From the NCBI GenBank assembly GCA_965178125.1, contig OZ237751.1, positions 620,001 to 684,000 of the forward strand: a stretch of 64,000 bases of DNA, read 5' to 3'. The stretch's first letter is position 1, and every line of letters starts with the position of its first letter. A program made the translations under genes and the position numbers. A model generated the notes under the pieces. It worked only from the letters and a program-made list of their open reading frames with translations, had not been told where the DNA came from and made no database searches. Source of the DNA: Bilabrum cf. latius (taxonomy: Eukaryota). Positions 50,281 through 63,000 of this stretch are shown here, one piece after another.

Positions 50281-53200
50281 TTACCCCTCACCAGCCGCAG
50301 GCCCTGCACTAGAACCATCCCCTGCACTAGAACCATCCCCTGCACTACAACCAGCCGCAGCTCCAGCGCCAGCTCCAGCGGCATCGCTATCCTCGTCCCC
50401 ATCCTCTCTGTCATCGGCCAGTGGCTGAAAAATTTCGTCCTTAATGCTAGCAACGACTCCGTCGAACGCCTGGCGATCGCCCGTGGCGATCCACGCGGCA
50501 GCTGCCTGGAGCATCTGATTGTGCAGGTGCTACAAGATTTGTCCAAGAAGCTTGTAGCGGTTGTGCGGAGACGATTGCAGCGCCACCAACGCAGCCCCAA
50601 GCTCCACGCCGGACTCCTCTTTAGCCTGTTTACAGATGTCTGGCTGGCTTTGCAACGCCGCCTGCAGCAAAGCCTCGGCCGCTGAGGATTTGCCCGCGTG
50701 CTCCGGCATCAACCGCTCGACATGGCCTCGAACAGTCTCTACGGTTATATAGTTAACAGCCTTGAGGCACCGAAGGGCCTTTGCGATGCTCACGGCTGAC
50801 TTGCCGATGCACAGCAAGCCAGACACGGAGCACTGCATTGGGTCGGCTGCATCGTTCCCGCTGTTGAGCATGCTGTTGTCAACCGCGAGCTACACCGCAG
50901 CTTTCAGCCGTTCGTCCGTCTAATTAAAGGTCATCAGCTTGCATAGTTGCTCTCGCAGAAGCACTAGTGCATGTTTCCCGGGGAAAACAGGCCCTCCTTG
51001 GTCTTGCTCTGACCTGCCAGGTCCTGCACCCGCGGCAGCCTTGGAATCCTCTCCGGCGCCAGGCTCACTGCCAGAGCTTCCCTAGGCCTCAGCAGACTCC
51101 ATTTCGCGAGCCCTGGGAAGTCGTCTCCACGCATCGGCTACCACATCGCTTGAGAGTCCACACGCCTCGCATGAGCCCCTGATGAACTCACGCACCTTCA
51201 TCAGCACTCCATCGGACACCCTGCCAAACGTGTCATGGTCCACGTCTTGCATTGCATCGATTGGCATGGCCTCCTGCTTGCCTAGGAACAGCGCAAGTGC
51301 TAGCACAGAACACGATATCCTCACCCCCTTTTCCATCCCTTTGAAATCTGCTTCCATCTTGTCCTGCATAGGAAACTCGGCGATCATCCTGTCCACTAGT
51401 GGGACCACAGTCGCATGCAGCTGCTTCTGCTTCATAGCCAAAATGTCATACAGCTGCAGCCTGCATGTTTTCAGGTCCTCGGACCCATCACCATCGGCAG
51501 CAGCCCTCTCCCACTGGGCCTTCAACACGCTGATCGGCACGCCGCACAAAGTGGCTATTGTACCGATCGTGGAAGGGAGCTGCTGGAACATCACGCGCAG
51601 CAGCACCCCAGCGTCTACCTGGCCTTCATTTGTAGCTGTTAGCTGCGCCATGGCTTGCTACATGACCATTACAAGCCTCAAGTTCATCACGCGCAGTTGG
51701 TTGCACACGGCCAGCTCGTCCGCATCGATGCCCTCGAGGCCGCCTCTGTCACCGGCTGGCACCTCGCCGCCCGAGCCCCCCGCAGCGTGCGCCTCACCCT
51801 CACCACTCTTGTCATCACCGCCTTTTTTAGCTCCCTCTCCCTTCTTCATTCCCGCTGCGCCCAGCACCCCATGCCTCTTCAGGTCCTCCCAATCGAAGAC
51901 AATGCTGCCGGGTATGGCATCTGCCCCGGGTGCTTCTTTCGCCTTGGCAGCCGCTTCGTCCAGGGCGCCGCGCATCGCAGGCAGTATGTTCCGCTTTGCC
52001 TGCATCTGCAGCAGGTTGTCCTGCCTCGCGGCGTCGACATGCTTCCTAAAGGCAGCGTCCAGTCGCGTAGACAGCGAGTCCCACAGCTGGCCAAGGAACT
52101 GTCCGACGTCTTTGGTGCGGTCAATGGGCAGGCTCATGAGCGGGCGCTCCACAAGCATATCAACCAGTTGCATTGGTTCCCGAAGAGCCGACACCAACTC
52201 GCTCGAGACGGCCTGTTCGCCGCTGAGGGTCTTCCTCGCGGCAGTGCTCCCCTGCAGGAACGAGTGGCAGCGTACTTTGCACGCGAATAGGTCGCCCCCG
52301 GCGCTCCCTTCTGCTGCTTCGGCAATCTCACGCACCCTGTTTCCCTTGCACCCAGCGAGAGCCTGCCGCGCGGCGTTGCACAGGTGTCCGGCAGCGCAAG
52401 CCTCATGGATCATGTAGTCGCCGTCGCTGTCCCGAGGCAGCAGCACCAGCAACTCCCGAACGCGAGCCTGAACCAGGGAATCACTCGCAGACTTATGATT
52501 AGGCTCCGAATTGTGCCCGATGCTCCCTTGTGTGCCCGCAGTTCCGTCTGAGCGTGCGATTGCGCTGGCAGCACCGCCCACAGCTGGAGCGGGCATGCAG
52601 GCGCCCGCTGGTCCGGAGCTTGCCAGAACGGCTTCGCGTGCGCGCGCAGCCAGGACCTTGTCGCTGCAAAAATATTTGTCCATGGTAGATGTACCAGTTT
52701 GCGCCCCACCTGTGCTGTCGCTGTCTTTTGCAAGCGCGGATTCAGTGTCCCAAACGGAAGGCTGCCAGTGCGGCGGAAGCAGCTAACTGGCAGATCGGGC
52801 TGATCGCAGCGCACCACCAACCGCGGCTCCAGAGACACGGGTAGGACGGCTGGTAGAAGCATCGTGAGACTCTACTGATGCTTCCGCGGCAGTTTTGGAC
52901 AGTGCTTCATGCTGCGCCTGGCGAAACCTGGCGAGATGCCCTGCCACGGCCAAGATGCCCACGGAAAAGGCCCTAAGCGCCGGCAGGGCACCGGGAGCAA
53001 ATTGGCACCATTTTATCCCGGATGAGTTCTTGTAGAGCATGGATGCAGATCGCACTGCGAGGCGCTCTCTTGATTCGTACTGGGAAAAAGCAGTCTCCCA
53101 ACCGGGACACCGCTCAGAGCCAGCAGCCGCAGATGGGTCTAAACTTACTGCACAAAATAATGCATGAATGCTTTGGAAATCACGTCTTTCCTGCACGGCG

Positions 53201-53688
53201 GCTTGTAGATGCCAAACAGGTATTTTGCAGACCTGGCACGCTCGCTCCACACCTCGTCGTGCAGCGACAGCTATTGATTCTTGGCGCTGCGCTAATCCAT
53301 CAGCCGAAACAGTATTCGAATCGTGAATGAACTTTTGCTTCACCAATGCTGCAGCGGCTAAGCCCTCCATCATAATTTGAACCGCAGTCTTGCCTTTCAC
53401 GGATCCCGTCGGTGTTAGCAAGCTATCATGCACTGCGCAGTCCGTCCTCAGCGCATCAATAGGAACAACTCCGAGAACATTGATCATATACCTGATGCAT
53501 TCAGCTCGGGCAGGAATGTCGTCAAAGGGGTCCACAGACCCATCGAATCCACTCGCTGCAGCAGCAGTCGATGAAGCCGACGAGAGATCTTGTGGCTACG
53601 CCTGCTTAGCTTCAGCACAAGCTCTGCTGAGATCCGCCATCGATTGAAATACGTGCGACATTGGCAATGATTCGGCTGCTCCTGCCAT
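50281..53688 (-). CDS. Large helical protein of unknown function (~1135 aa; possible upstream ATG at 53784)
   Basis: ORFs 53596, 52783, 51658, 51082, 50530 and 50281 share one frame and are joined by TAGs; ends in TAA at 50281. Confidence 0.75.
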
Positions 53689-54050
53689 TTTGATCGACGC
53701 GGACTTGAGCTGAGAATATATTTTCAGATCTTGGCGTGCTTGGCGCCACGCATTGGCGATTGCGGAACCGGAGCGATGAAGCATGGAGAGAGCGCATTAT
53801 TGCATCGCAGGGTTGCTATAATAATGCGTTATAGGATTATATGTGCTTCAGTGCCAGGTACCACCCAGTTAGTGCCGAGACTTCGGGCAACAAGATAGAG
53901 CAAACGCACTTTTGAATCCCTGGGTGTCTCACATTAGGCAAAATGCCTTGTTCGCATGAACAAACCAGCCTCCGCACTTTGGCTCCTGCATCCAGGTGCG
54001 AAAATGCAAGAGTCATTTAACAAACGCACATAAATATTCAACGTTGTGTA

Positions 54051-57000
54051 TTAGTCTGCGCCACTTGGGCCATATTCGATCGAAATACCCTCTGCAACTG
54101 CCGCCCGTATGAGCCTGGCAACCTCGTCCTCGCCATCATGCTCATATTCACCAGGTAAAATAGAATGAGCTGAATGGGCACTTACCAGACCAAGTGCCCC
54201 ATCTTGGTGCGAAGAGTCCTGCCCTACCTATACGGTGCGCCTGTGTGACTCAAGCACATCCGAATCGCTGCCTGGCGCATCTCCTGCAGCGGTCGCGCAC
54301 CGGCTGTCACGTGCTTCGCGTGCGGTCCCGAATGTAGGCATGCTGCCTTGGCTTTGAGGCACTATCATGAGCTCTGAAGCAGTCGCGTCTTCGCGCTGTT
54401 GCCCTCCAGGTGGCAAGCCTTGCCCCGCATCCACGTCTTCGGTAGACTCCACTGCGACCAGGTGGCGATTGCGATGAGTCGAGCTGGCAACGACCAGCTC
54501 GTGTGACCCAGCTGAACCCATGTCGATCAAAACACCGGGGTCGGAGCTCCGGCGAGATCGTTCCCGTGCATCCAAACCGATTACGTGACGGTGGGGCGAA
54601 GAAGAGACTGCATTGCCAGCAGCCATTCTGCGTTGTGGACCCGCGCACCCAACAACGTCCCTGTGCAAACCATCATCATCGATGGCAACGACACCAACGT
54701 CTTGCACAACGAATGAGTCAGCTGCCAGATTCTTCATAGGACCGTCGTGGTCGCTCACCTTGCTTGCTCCCGCACCAGCGTCCACAATACTGTGCGCGCC
54801 TACCGCCTCCCTTGCTGTAAGCGCAACCCCTAGGGACTGCGCCCTTTGCTTACTTGCAAGGGGTTCACTGCGATCATGCCTACTGGATGTGCCCCCCGCT
54901 TGTTCTCTTGACTGGATGTCCATCGTGGCGATGGCTTGCACTTTCATCGGCGTAGTGTCCCGACCAGAATCCGCTACAGCATCGTCCTGAGACTCCAGGT
55001 CACTGTCACCGAATGGATCCGTGTCGATCCTGGTGGCGTGCATTGGGCTAGCGTCCTCAGAACTAGCGGCAGTTCCGAGCAAGAATGCAGGCTAGGAGCG
55101 CCGCCTCGACCGCGGCGAGCGTGTCGCGGAATTGCGCGCAGATGATCGAGGCTTCGAAGACTCGCCGGAGTCGCGACACTCGGCTGTCGGGGCAGCCACT
55201 GGATGATGATTCGACCCAGTGTCTACGTTGACTGTTTGGAGGCCTCTCTGCAGCAGCGTGGGCGAACCACCTTGACGCCCAGCCAGCGCACGCCTTGCAG
55301 TAGCTGACATGAGTGTCTCCATAGCAGCTTCTCTCAGCTGCCTACGGCTAGCACGACGTTCCATTGTGGAGCCTCGTATCTCTACACTTGGATGCTGTGC
55401 ACCAACACCAAAGCCACGTGGACTCCGCTGATTCATCATGGTTGACATACCCGCAGAGTTAGTGCGAAGGATACCTGCTTGATCCTGCTCCAAGATACCC
55501 GTGCCGTAGGAACTAGACTGTAGCATACCAGGTCCTTCGCCAGATTCATGCCTGGTCATGCTTGAGTGACGAGTGCTCATGGATACCCGTGCTCCGCTCT
55601 CCCAGGCAGCGCTCATCCTGCTGCTGCCGTTGCGACGGCCTAGAGAATCAGCACCGCGAATGGCGTACGATCCGGGTCCGAAGAGGTTTCTGTTCGCACG
55701 TGAGGATCGCCCGACACCTTCCCCAACTACTGAAGGCAATCCTTCTGCTGTTACCTCCGAGGAAGCCCGAGAGGATGCACGCGCAGGGCCCCGCAGCTGG
55801 CCATCGTCCTTGCCTCTACCGCTACGAGCAACCTAGAGCCTTCTGTTTGATCGTGCCAGCGCAACCTCACGATCTCCATCGCCTTCATCCCCGTCCAGCG
55901 CGTCAGCATTTGCTATCTCTTCCTGTATCCTATGGGCCTCGTCCATTTCGGCTTGCACCGCCGCGGACTGTCTCGCTCCCATGTACCAGAGTCCAGCGAA
56001 GACTAAACCAACGAACAGGGCAGTCGCACTCACGAAGACAACGATGCCCACCACCAGCTCACGGGTAGTGAAGTCTATCTGCTAGCCGAGCTGCAAGGGA
56101 CTGCCATCGTCCCCGCTTGTGCTGTTCCCCACGCTAGGATCGGGATCGATCGAGTCGATCACTCGTACCGCTGCCACAATGCCGACCAGCACAGCATCAC
56201 TGGGCGCGCCGTTCGAATCGCTGCTGAAAAGGGTAGGGCCATTGGCGTATAGCTGCCTTGCAAATGTCTGGTCACTAAATGCGTTTATTAGGTCCTGCAT
56301 GAGCATAGACGAGGGGTCATCCGTTTGGTTCGCTGGCACGATAGTTGCATTCGTGCCAGATGAGGTGGTATCAGTGGATCCAGCTAGGACAGAGTCTGAC
56401 ACAGCAAGCCTAGATTTAACGATAAAGTACATTTCGACCCTGACGAATGGGACCTGTACCCGGATCGGCAGCGAGCTATCATTTCTTGTCAACTCGGCTT
56501 CAGAACTCGTTGCATTGCTTGACTCGTTCGTGGCCTAAAGAAGTCTAGTGGTCTTGTTATCTCCGATTTTGGGACGAAATTTTGACAGCATCCTGCGTTC
56601 AGACACCCCGACCTACTCCGATGAAAGCTATTCAGATGCAGGTGTAGCCTATGCCGCACTCGATCCAGCGCTAGCTGTTGAAACTGACAAAGCACCAGAC
56701 GGGCCAAACTCACCAGATGGACCGAAGGTGCTCTACGCATGGCGCTACGATGCATAGTTTGGCGGTGATTCATGCAATACCAAGCCCAACTATGCACCGC
56801 TATCACCGTGCCCGTAGGTCTAAGCTCTGACCCACATGGCAGCGCCGGCATCCACGTCCCCAGAGCCCACGGTCCCGTCCTGGAGGCCCCACTGAATGCT
56901 ACCACCAAGGGATCCCAGCAGACAGCCGCCGACAAGTCGCTCGATCTTACTTCGCGTGGATTGAAACTAAAGCGCATCCTGCGGCCCGTCCAGGTCCGAT

Positions 57001-60000
57001 ACGACCGAGCCAAACACAGACAAGGTAACGGTACCGTTCAGCTGCACCTCGGTCCACACCATGCCGGCAGGAGGCAGCTGCTACGGTCCTGCAGGCACTG
57101 CGTCTCTGATTGTGGGTGGGATGGATGAAAACGGGGTGGGATAGTTGCTGGGGGATGGGCTCGGGCTAGATGATGGCATGCTGCTGCTGGCTGCAGGCGG
57201 AGAAGAGCTGGCTGTCGTGCTGCTGGTAGAACTTGGCGCCGCAGACGCCCACGGTGCTGCATCTACAGACAATAAAGCTGCCAGGCCACCCCCTTCGGCA
57301 CCGGACGCAGCTGAGATAATCAATCCATCTCTAGTGCCCGCCTCCGCGATGGCTCCAATGGAGCCGTGTGGTACTTCTGATCTAGCAGATGCTACCAGCC
57401 TGTCGAGCAACTGACCGGCCCCAAATCGATCTGCGGTATCCACTGCTCGGATCAAATGCACCCGATCTACGGAGCGAGGGCCCAGCTCCAATACGTACAC
57501 TGCCGAAGCAGCCAGGACCTGCTGTGAATTTGCAACACCAACGGAGGTGGAGTTGAAAAGAGGGGGCGCCCCCACGACTGCCAGCACAGAATGCGAATCG
57601 TGACGAAGGGCAGGTGCAATCGCTGCTACGGAGACTCCAAACTGGCTGCCTGGCAGAAGTGACAGGTCCAGACCTCCAAATTGCGAGCCAATTGCCACGA
57701 CATTCTGCGCTGAACCAGTTGTGCCCCTCACAGTGATCAATGACACGGTGCCTGCAGCTGCGTCACTTTCGTTCAACATTTGATCATCACCATCCCAGAT
57801 ATCAATTGTACCTTCATCTTGGTTGCCTGGTTGGCCCACTGCAATCCGCATAAGGCAGGGCTATTGCTGCCCCACCGGTGGTGGGTACGACCGCCAACCC
57901 CGGTGATCACCAAGTCTCAGGGCCAATTGTGCATTGTCCGAAGCAACACAGCTGGACGGACCAAGCCGAGCTAGCGATGCACCAAACCGCAATCCAGCAG
58001 GCACCGATCGAACTCGGTTGATCCACTTGAACGATGAAACGGTCATATCTCTGGCCAATGTAGCCAGACCTACTCGACCAGCGCTGGGTCCGGGCGCACC
58101 GATGATTAGATCAGGCACCGAGTCACCGTTCATGTCGATTTCGGGGCCTCCCAGCAGCGAGGCGCCAAACTCGGTAGCCACCGAAAGACCCGTATCCATT
58201 CCACCGGAGAAAGAGCCGATCTTTGTTACGCTAATGGGAGCATCTGCAGTCTCATTGAGCCGGATCAGAAATACCGCACCTTCTTGGGCTCGTGCACCGG
58301 GGGCGCCCACCGCGATATCAACGAATCCATCGCCGTCAATATCGCCCGCAAATGTGACGGCGGCACCAAACCGGAGTGGAACTACTAGCACTTGCTAAGT
58401 CAACATGTTGTGGAACCCACCTCCTGTAGCCGCCCCGCCAATCAGGGACTTGACGGTAAACGCAGTGCCGTTCGCATCAACTGCTTCAAGCACTAGCACA
58501 GCTCCCAAATCGAAGGCACCAGGAAGTCCCATGAGCCTGTCTGGCAGCGTGTCGCCCGAGAGTAGACCGGGGCCAGAATATATGGTGGTAGTATTGCTCC
58601 CCTCTAGCTGGGTCAGCATGGTCTGCAGCGTAGCATTCAGAACTGTGATAGCCTCAAGACCAGTAAGCTGTACAGATGCAACTGGTGACGCGCTTGGTGC
58701 ATGGGTTGGCCTTTTTGTTGAAGCCGATGCTGTAGAGCTAGTGCTGCTGGTGCTGGTATAGCTAGCCGTGGCCGTGGCCGTGGCGGTGCTGGTGCTGGTG
58801 CTGGTATAGCTGGCCGTGGGCGTGGCGGTGCTGGTGCTGGTGCTGATGCTGGTATAGCTGGCCGTGGGCGTGGCGGTGCTGGTGCTGGTGCTGGTGCTGG
58901 TGCTGGTGCTGGTGCTGGTGCTGGTATAGCTGGCCGTGGGCGTGGCGGTGCTGGTGCTGGTGCTGGTGCTGGTGCTGGTATAGCTGGCCGTGGGCGTGGC
59001 GGTGCTGGTGCTGGTGCTGGTATAGCTGGCCGTGGGCGTGGCAGTGCCGGAACTCGTCACAGATGTAGACACGGACGGCGTCGCGGGCAGAGTCGTAGAA
59101 GGTGATGCAGTACAGCTCGGCGTGATACTCGAGCTAGGGCTGCTGGTGGGACTCGAAGTTGGTGGCATGCTTGGCGACTGGCTCGGCGTTCCACTGGGGC
59201 TTGCTATCGCACCCCATGAAAAGGACGAGAATCGAACCAGACGAAGCGCCGAAGTCGTCGGCGTGCAGACCTCCGACTACCAGAGCGTTTCGACCGCTGT
59301 GATCCAAGTCGCCAAGGTTGGCCACGAACCCGAACTAGTCCCCTGCAGCAATCGAGCTCCCAAACGCGCCGCCAGCTGCATCGAGCACTGCAAAAGACCC
59401 GACCGATGTCACAGTGCTGTTTGCTTCCAGGAATAGAATAAACACCGCCCCGGCACCCGAAGCCGCGGCATTATCGCTAGGAGCTCCAACAGCTAGGTCT
59501 TCCTCCCCATTTCCGTCCATGTCACCGGCGTTTACCAAAGATCTGCCGAAAGCGACAGCCTGTGCAACTCGCGCAGAGGGCAGTCCTTGGTTTCCTCCGA
59601 TCACCGACTCTTCGCCCAACAGAGTGCCATTGCGGCTGAGGTGCTGCACAAACACCTTGCGCTGATTGGTGGATCCAAATGCCAACCGAGCCGGAGAATC
59701 AGGGCGGCGAGGCGGAAGCGCAGCAAGGCCGCCCCCGATGTTGCACCCGATGCAATCGCTCCATCCGGCGGCCTGGAGGATCGAAATGTGCTCCCGCGCA
59801 GTGTCGTCAGCGTTCAAGAACACTACATAGAGCTCACCGCTATCGGAACCAGCTGCATCCTCTCGCGCAGCACCAACAACAATATCATTCAAACCGTCCA
59901 GATCCACGTCACCAATGCTGCCAAGTACGCCAAGACCAAGCCGAATGGCACCTGCACTCCCATACGCACCTGACTCACTGAGTGCCTAGTGAGCTATCGT

Positions 60001-63000
60001 GCCGTTGCTGTATAGCCGCAACACAAAGAATCGGCCCTGTCCATCCACGAGATCTTTCATCTTAAATGCACCAACCACCAGGCGTAGGAGCAGTGGATCA
60101 TCGCCCGCTGGTTGATGAAGAGCAGAGAGTCCGACCCCAAACCCGGGATTGGTCTCGTTGAGCACTTGCAGTCCGCCTGCGACTCCACTTACTTCTTGGT
60201 ACCACTTAACCGTGCCATTTCGGCGCAAAAATAGAATGTATATTGCACCCCGGTCAACTCCGCCGGCTTCTGTGCCTGATGCCCCGACGGCAACATCAGG
60301 AACTTGGTCCCCGTCCAAATCGCCGAGGCCAGCGACCCCCCTTCCAAACCAGTCACCAGGGGACAATCGGGGGAACTCGCCAAATATACTCTCTACACCG
60401 GGACGCACAATGCTACGTAGTGTACCTGCAGCTGGCTGGGACGGTGTCGCACTGGTGCTTGAAGTTATGCTAGGGCTTGGCGTCGCACTTGCCGTGCTTG
60501 ATGCAGAAGAGCTCGGGCTAGTACTGGGTGTCACGGATGAGGTTACTGATGGGGTCACTGATGAGGTTATAGAAGGCTATACAGTACAGCTCGGCGTGAT
60601 ACTCGAGGTAGGGCTGCTAGTGGGACTCGAACTTGGGCTAGGACTGGAAGAGGGACTCGGGCTGATGCTTGGGCTTGGGCTGCTGCTGGCCGCCGCACCA
60701 CCCATGAACAACACCAGCGCAGTGCCAGTGTCCGTACCAAAGTCGTCGTTCGTGAAGGCACCAATCACCTAATCGGGCCTAGAATCGCCGTCAATGTCAC
60801 CAAGCATAGAGACTGGACCGATGCGATCCCCACCAATCCCACCAATTATCAGGCTAACCGGCATAGTGTCACCGCCGATCCTCTCGAAGTTGTGCACCCA
60901 CGTGTCCGTTGAGTTGCTCTGCAGGAACAGTATGTAGACTGCTCCGTCGAATGGCTAGTAGTTGCCATCCTGCCGTGCTCCCACGGCCAAGTCGCACTCC
61001 GAGTCGCCATCGGCGTCTCCGATTGCAGCCACGTGACTGCCAAACTCGTCAGCATGCTACATGTACGACCCTATCGGGTTCGTGGTCCCATCGAGAGACC
61101 TGCTCCACTTCGCCATCACCGCATCTACCGTGCCGTTGCCAGCCAGCTGCAGCACTGCTACCGCCTGGTAGTTTGATCCGATCACTAACCGAGGTAGGGT
61201 GTACCCGCTTGAGGACGCTGGTGGCAGGGCAGCCACAGACACGACCACCTCCTGCAAGGGCGAGCTGTATATGTCCAGCCCACCGCCGACTGCCTGAGAG
61301 AGAATGATAGTCTAGCTGACGGTATCGTCGGCTCGCATGTACATGACAAGCAACCCCCCGCCAGCTGGCACGCCAAGCTAGGCCCGTTTCGGCGCAGCCG
61401 CAATATCGTTCAAGCCGTCCGAGTTCAAATCACCCAAATCGCCAGTAATGGCGCCACCGAAGTGATTTTCAACCGCTGGATCAAGCAAGAAGTTATCGGT
61501 AGATGGAACATTCTGCCCACTTAGTTCTGTCTAATGAGACACTGTACCATTTCTAGCTAATCGTAGCACCCACACCTTGCCCTGCCTCTCTGCACCTCCT
61601 ACCCAACCGCGGTACTCTCCTACTAGCAACCTCGCAGAGGTTCCATCATCACCGTAAGGCTGGCTCAAAATACCCAGGGCTTCACCGAAGCGGCTGTTGG
61701 CATTCGTCTCATTGTGCACAAGCCCGCCTTCCAGGGCGCTAATTTTCTGGGCTGCTTTGCACGTTCCATTGCGGTGTAGCAACAAAACCCACACAGCACC
61801 CTAGTTAGTAGCACCATCGTCATCATAAAAAGCACTAACGGCCACGTCGGGCACGCCGTCCAGGTTGATGTCCGGCAGACCCTGCACCGCCCTTCCAAAT
61901 CCAACGCCGGCATCGAGGTCAAGTCCGGATCCTGTTGACCCGTCTGCCACAAATTGGTGGGCTCGTACCACAGTACCGGGGGCGGCAGGATTCGGGGAAG
62001 CTGAAGGAGTCGAAGATGGCGTAGGACTCGTGCTGGGGCTTGGCACAGCGCCGCCCATAAACAGAACGAGGGCGCCACCGCTATTGGATTCCGCGGTGTT
62101 GCTTGTCTCGGCCCCAATCATCAGATCTGTTCGCCCATCTCCATCAAGGTCACCAATCGCACTTACAGCTGCAATCCGGTCAGCGTTCCCCGTACCCAGG
62201 AGGGGAAGCACTGCGGGGGTGTCACCACTAATAACCATAAAATCTCGTACCCATGTGTCCGTTGAGTTGCTTTCTAGGAGAAGAATGTACACCTGCCCAT
62301 CGTTAGAGCGGTAGTTGCCATCCTGCCGTGCTCCCACGGCCAGGTCGTACTCCGAGTCGCCATCGGCGTCTCCGATTGTAGCCACGTGGCTGCCAAACTC
62401 GTCAGCATGCTACATGTACGACCCTATCGGGTTCGTGGTCCCATCGAGAGACCTGCTCCACTTTGCCATCACCGCATCTACCGTGCCGTTGCCAGCCAGC
62501 TGCAGCACTGCAACAGCTTCGCTGCTGGATCCGACAACAAGACGAGGCAGCGCATAACCAGGCGAAGGAGGCAAGCAATCGACAGAAATAACCACCTCTT
62601 CCAAGAGCGGGTTGTATATGTCCAGCCCACCACCGGTTGCTTGGGTCAACGCAGCAGCCTCTCGGACCGTGTCGTCGGCTCGCATGTACAAGAGGATGAG
62701 GGCGCCCCCTTTAGACCGTCCGGCGTCTGCCCTCCGGGCCGCTGCAGCAATATCGTTGAAGCCATCCCCGTCTAAATCGCCCAGACCACCATTGACTGCC
62801 CCGCCTAGCTCATCCTCGCTCGAGTCGCCCAGCTAGAAGCTGCCGTGGAGCTGAATGCTCCTCTTGTTGAGCTCCGTCTGGTTTGCAACACTCCCGTTTC
62901 GAGCAAGCCGCAGCACCCAGACCCTTCCACTCTTCGAATCGCCATCCACTTCACCGCGGGGCTCGCCTACCAGCAATCGGACAAGGCTGCCGGCCTACCC

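Noticed and set aside
50302-50348. 18-bp tandem repeat (ccctgcactagaaccatc)
   Set aside because: Ordinary low-complexity coding repeat (AGDGSS) at a protein C-terminus.
9212-54053. Ciliate-type UAR = Gln code (table 6)
   Set aside because: TAA sits at the expected C-terminus of RPB12 and ends five other genes; I found no internal in-frame TAA.
60769-60771. UAG = Leu, pyrrolysine or another residue
   Set aside because: One TAG (RPD[TAG]VIGA) aligns with Leu in a paralogous unit, but the conserved-family positions and the CAA/TAG pair all indicate Gln. No pyl genes or context were seen.
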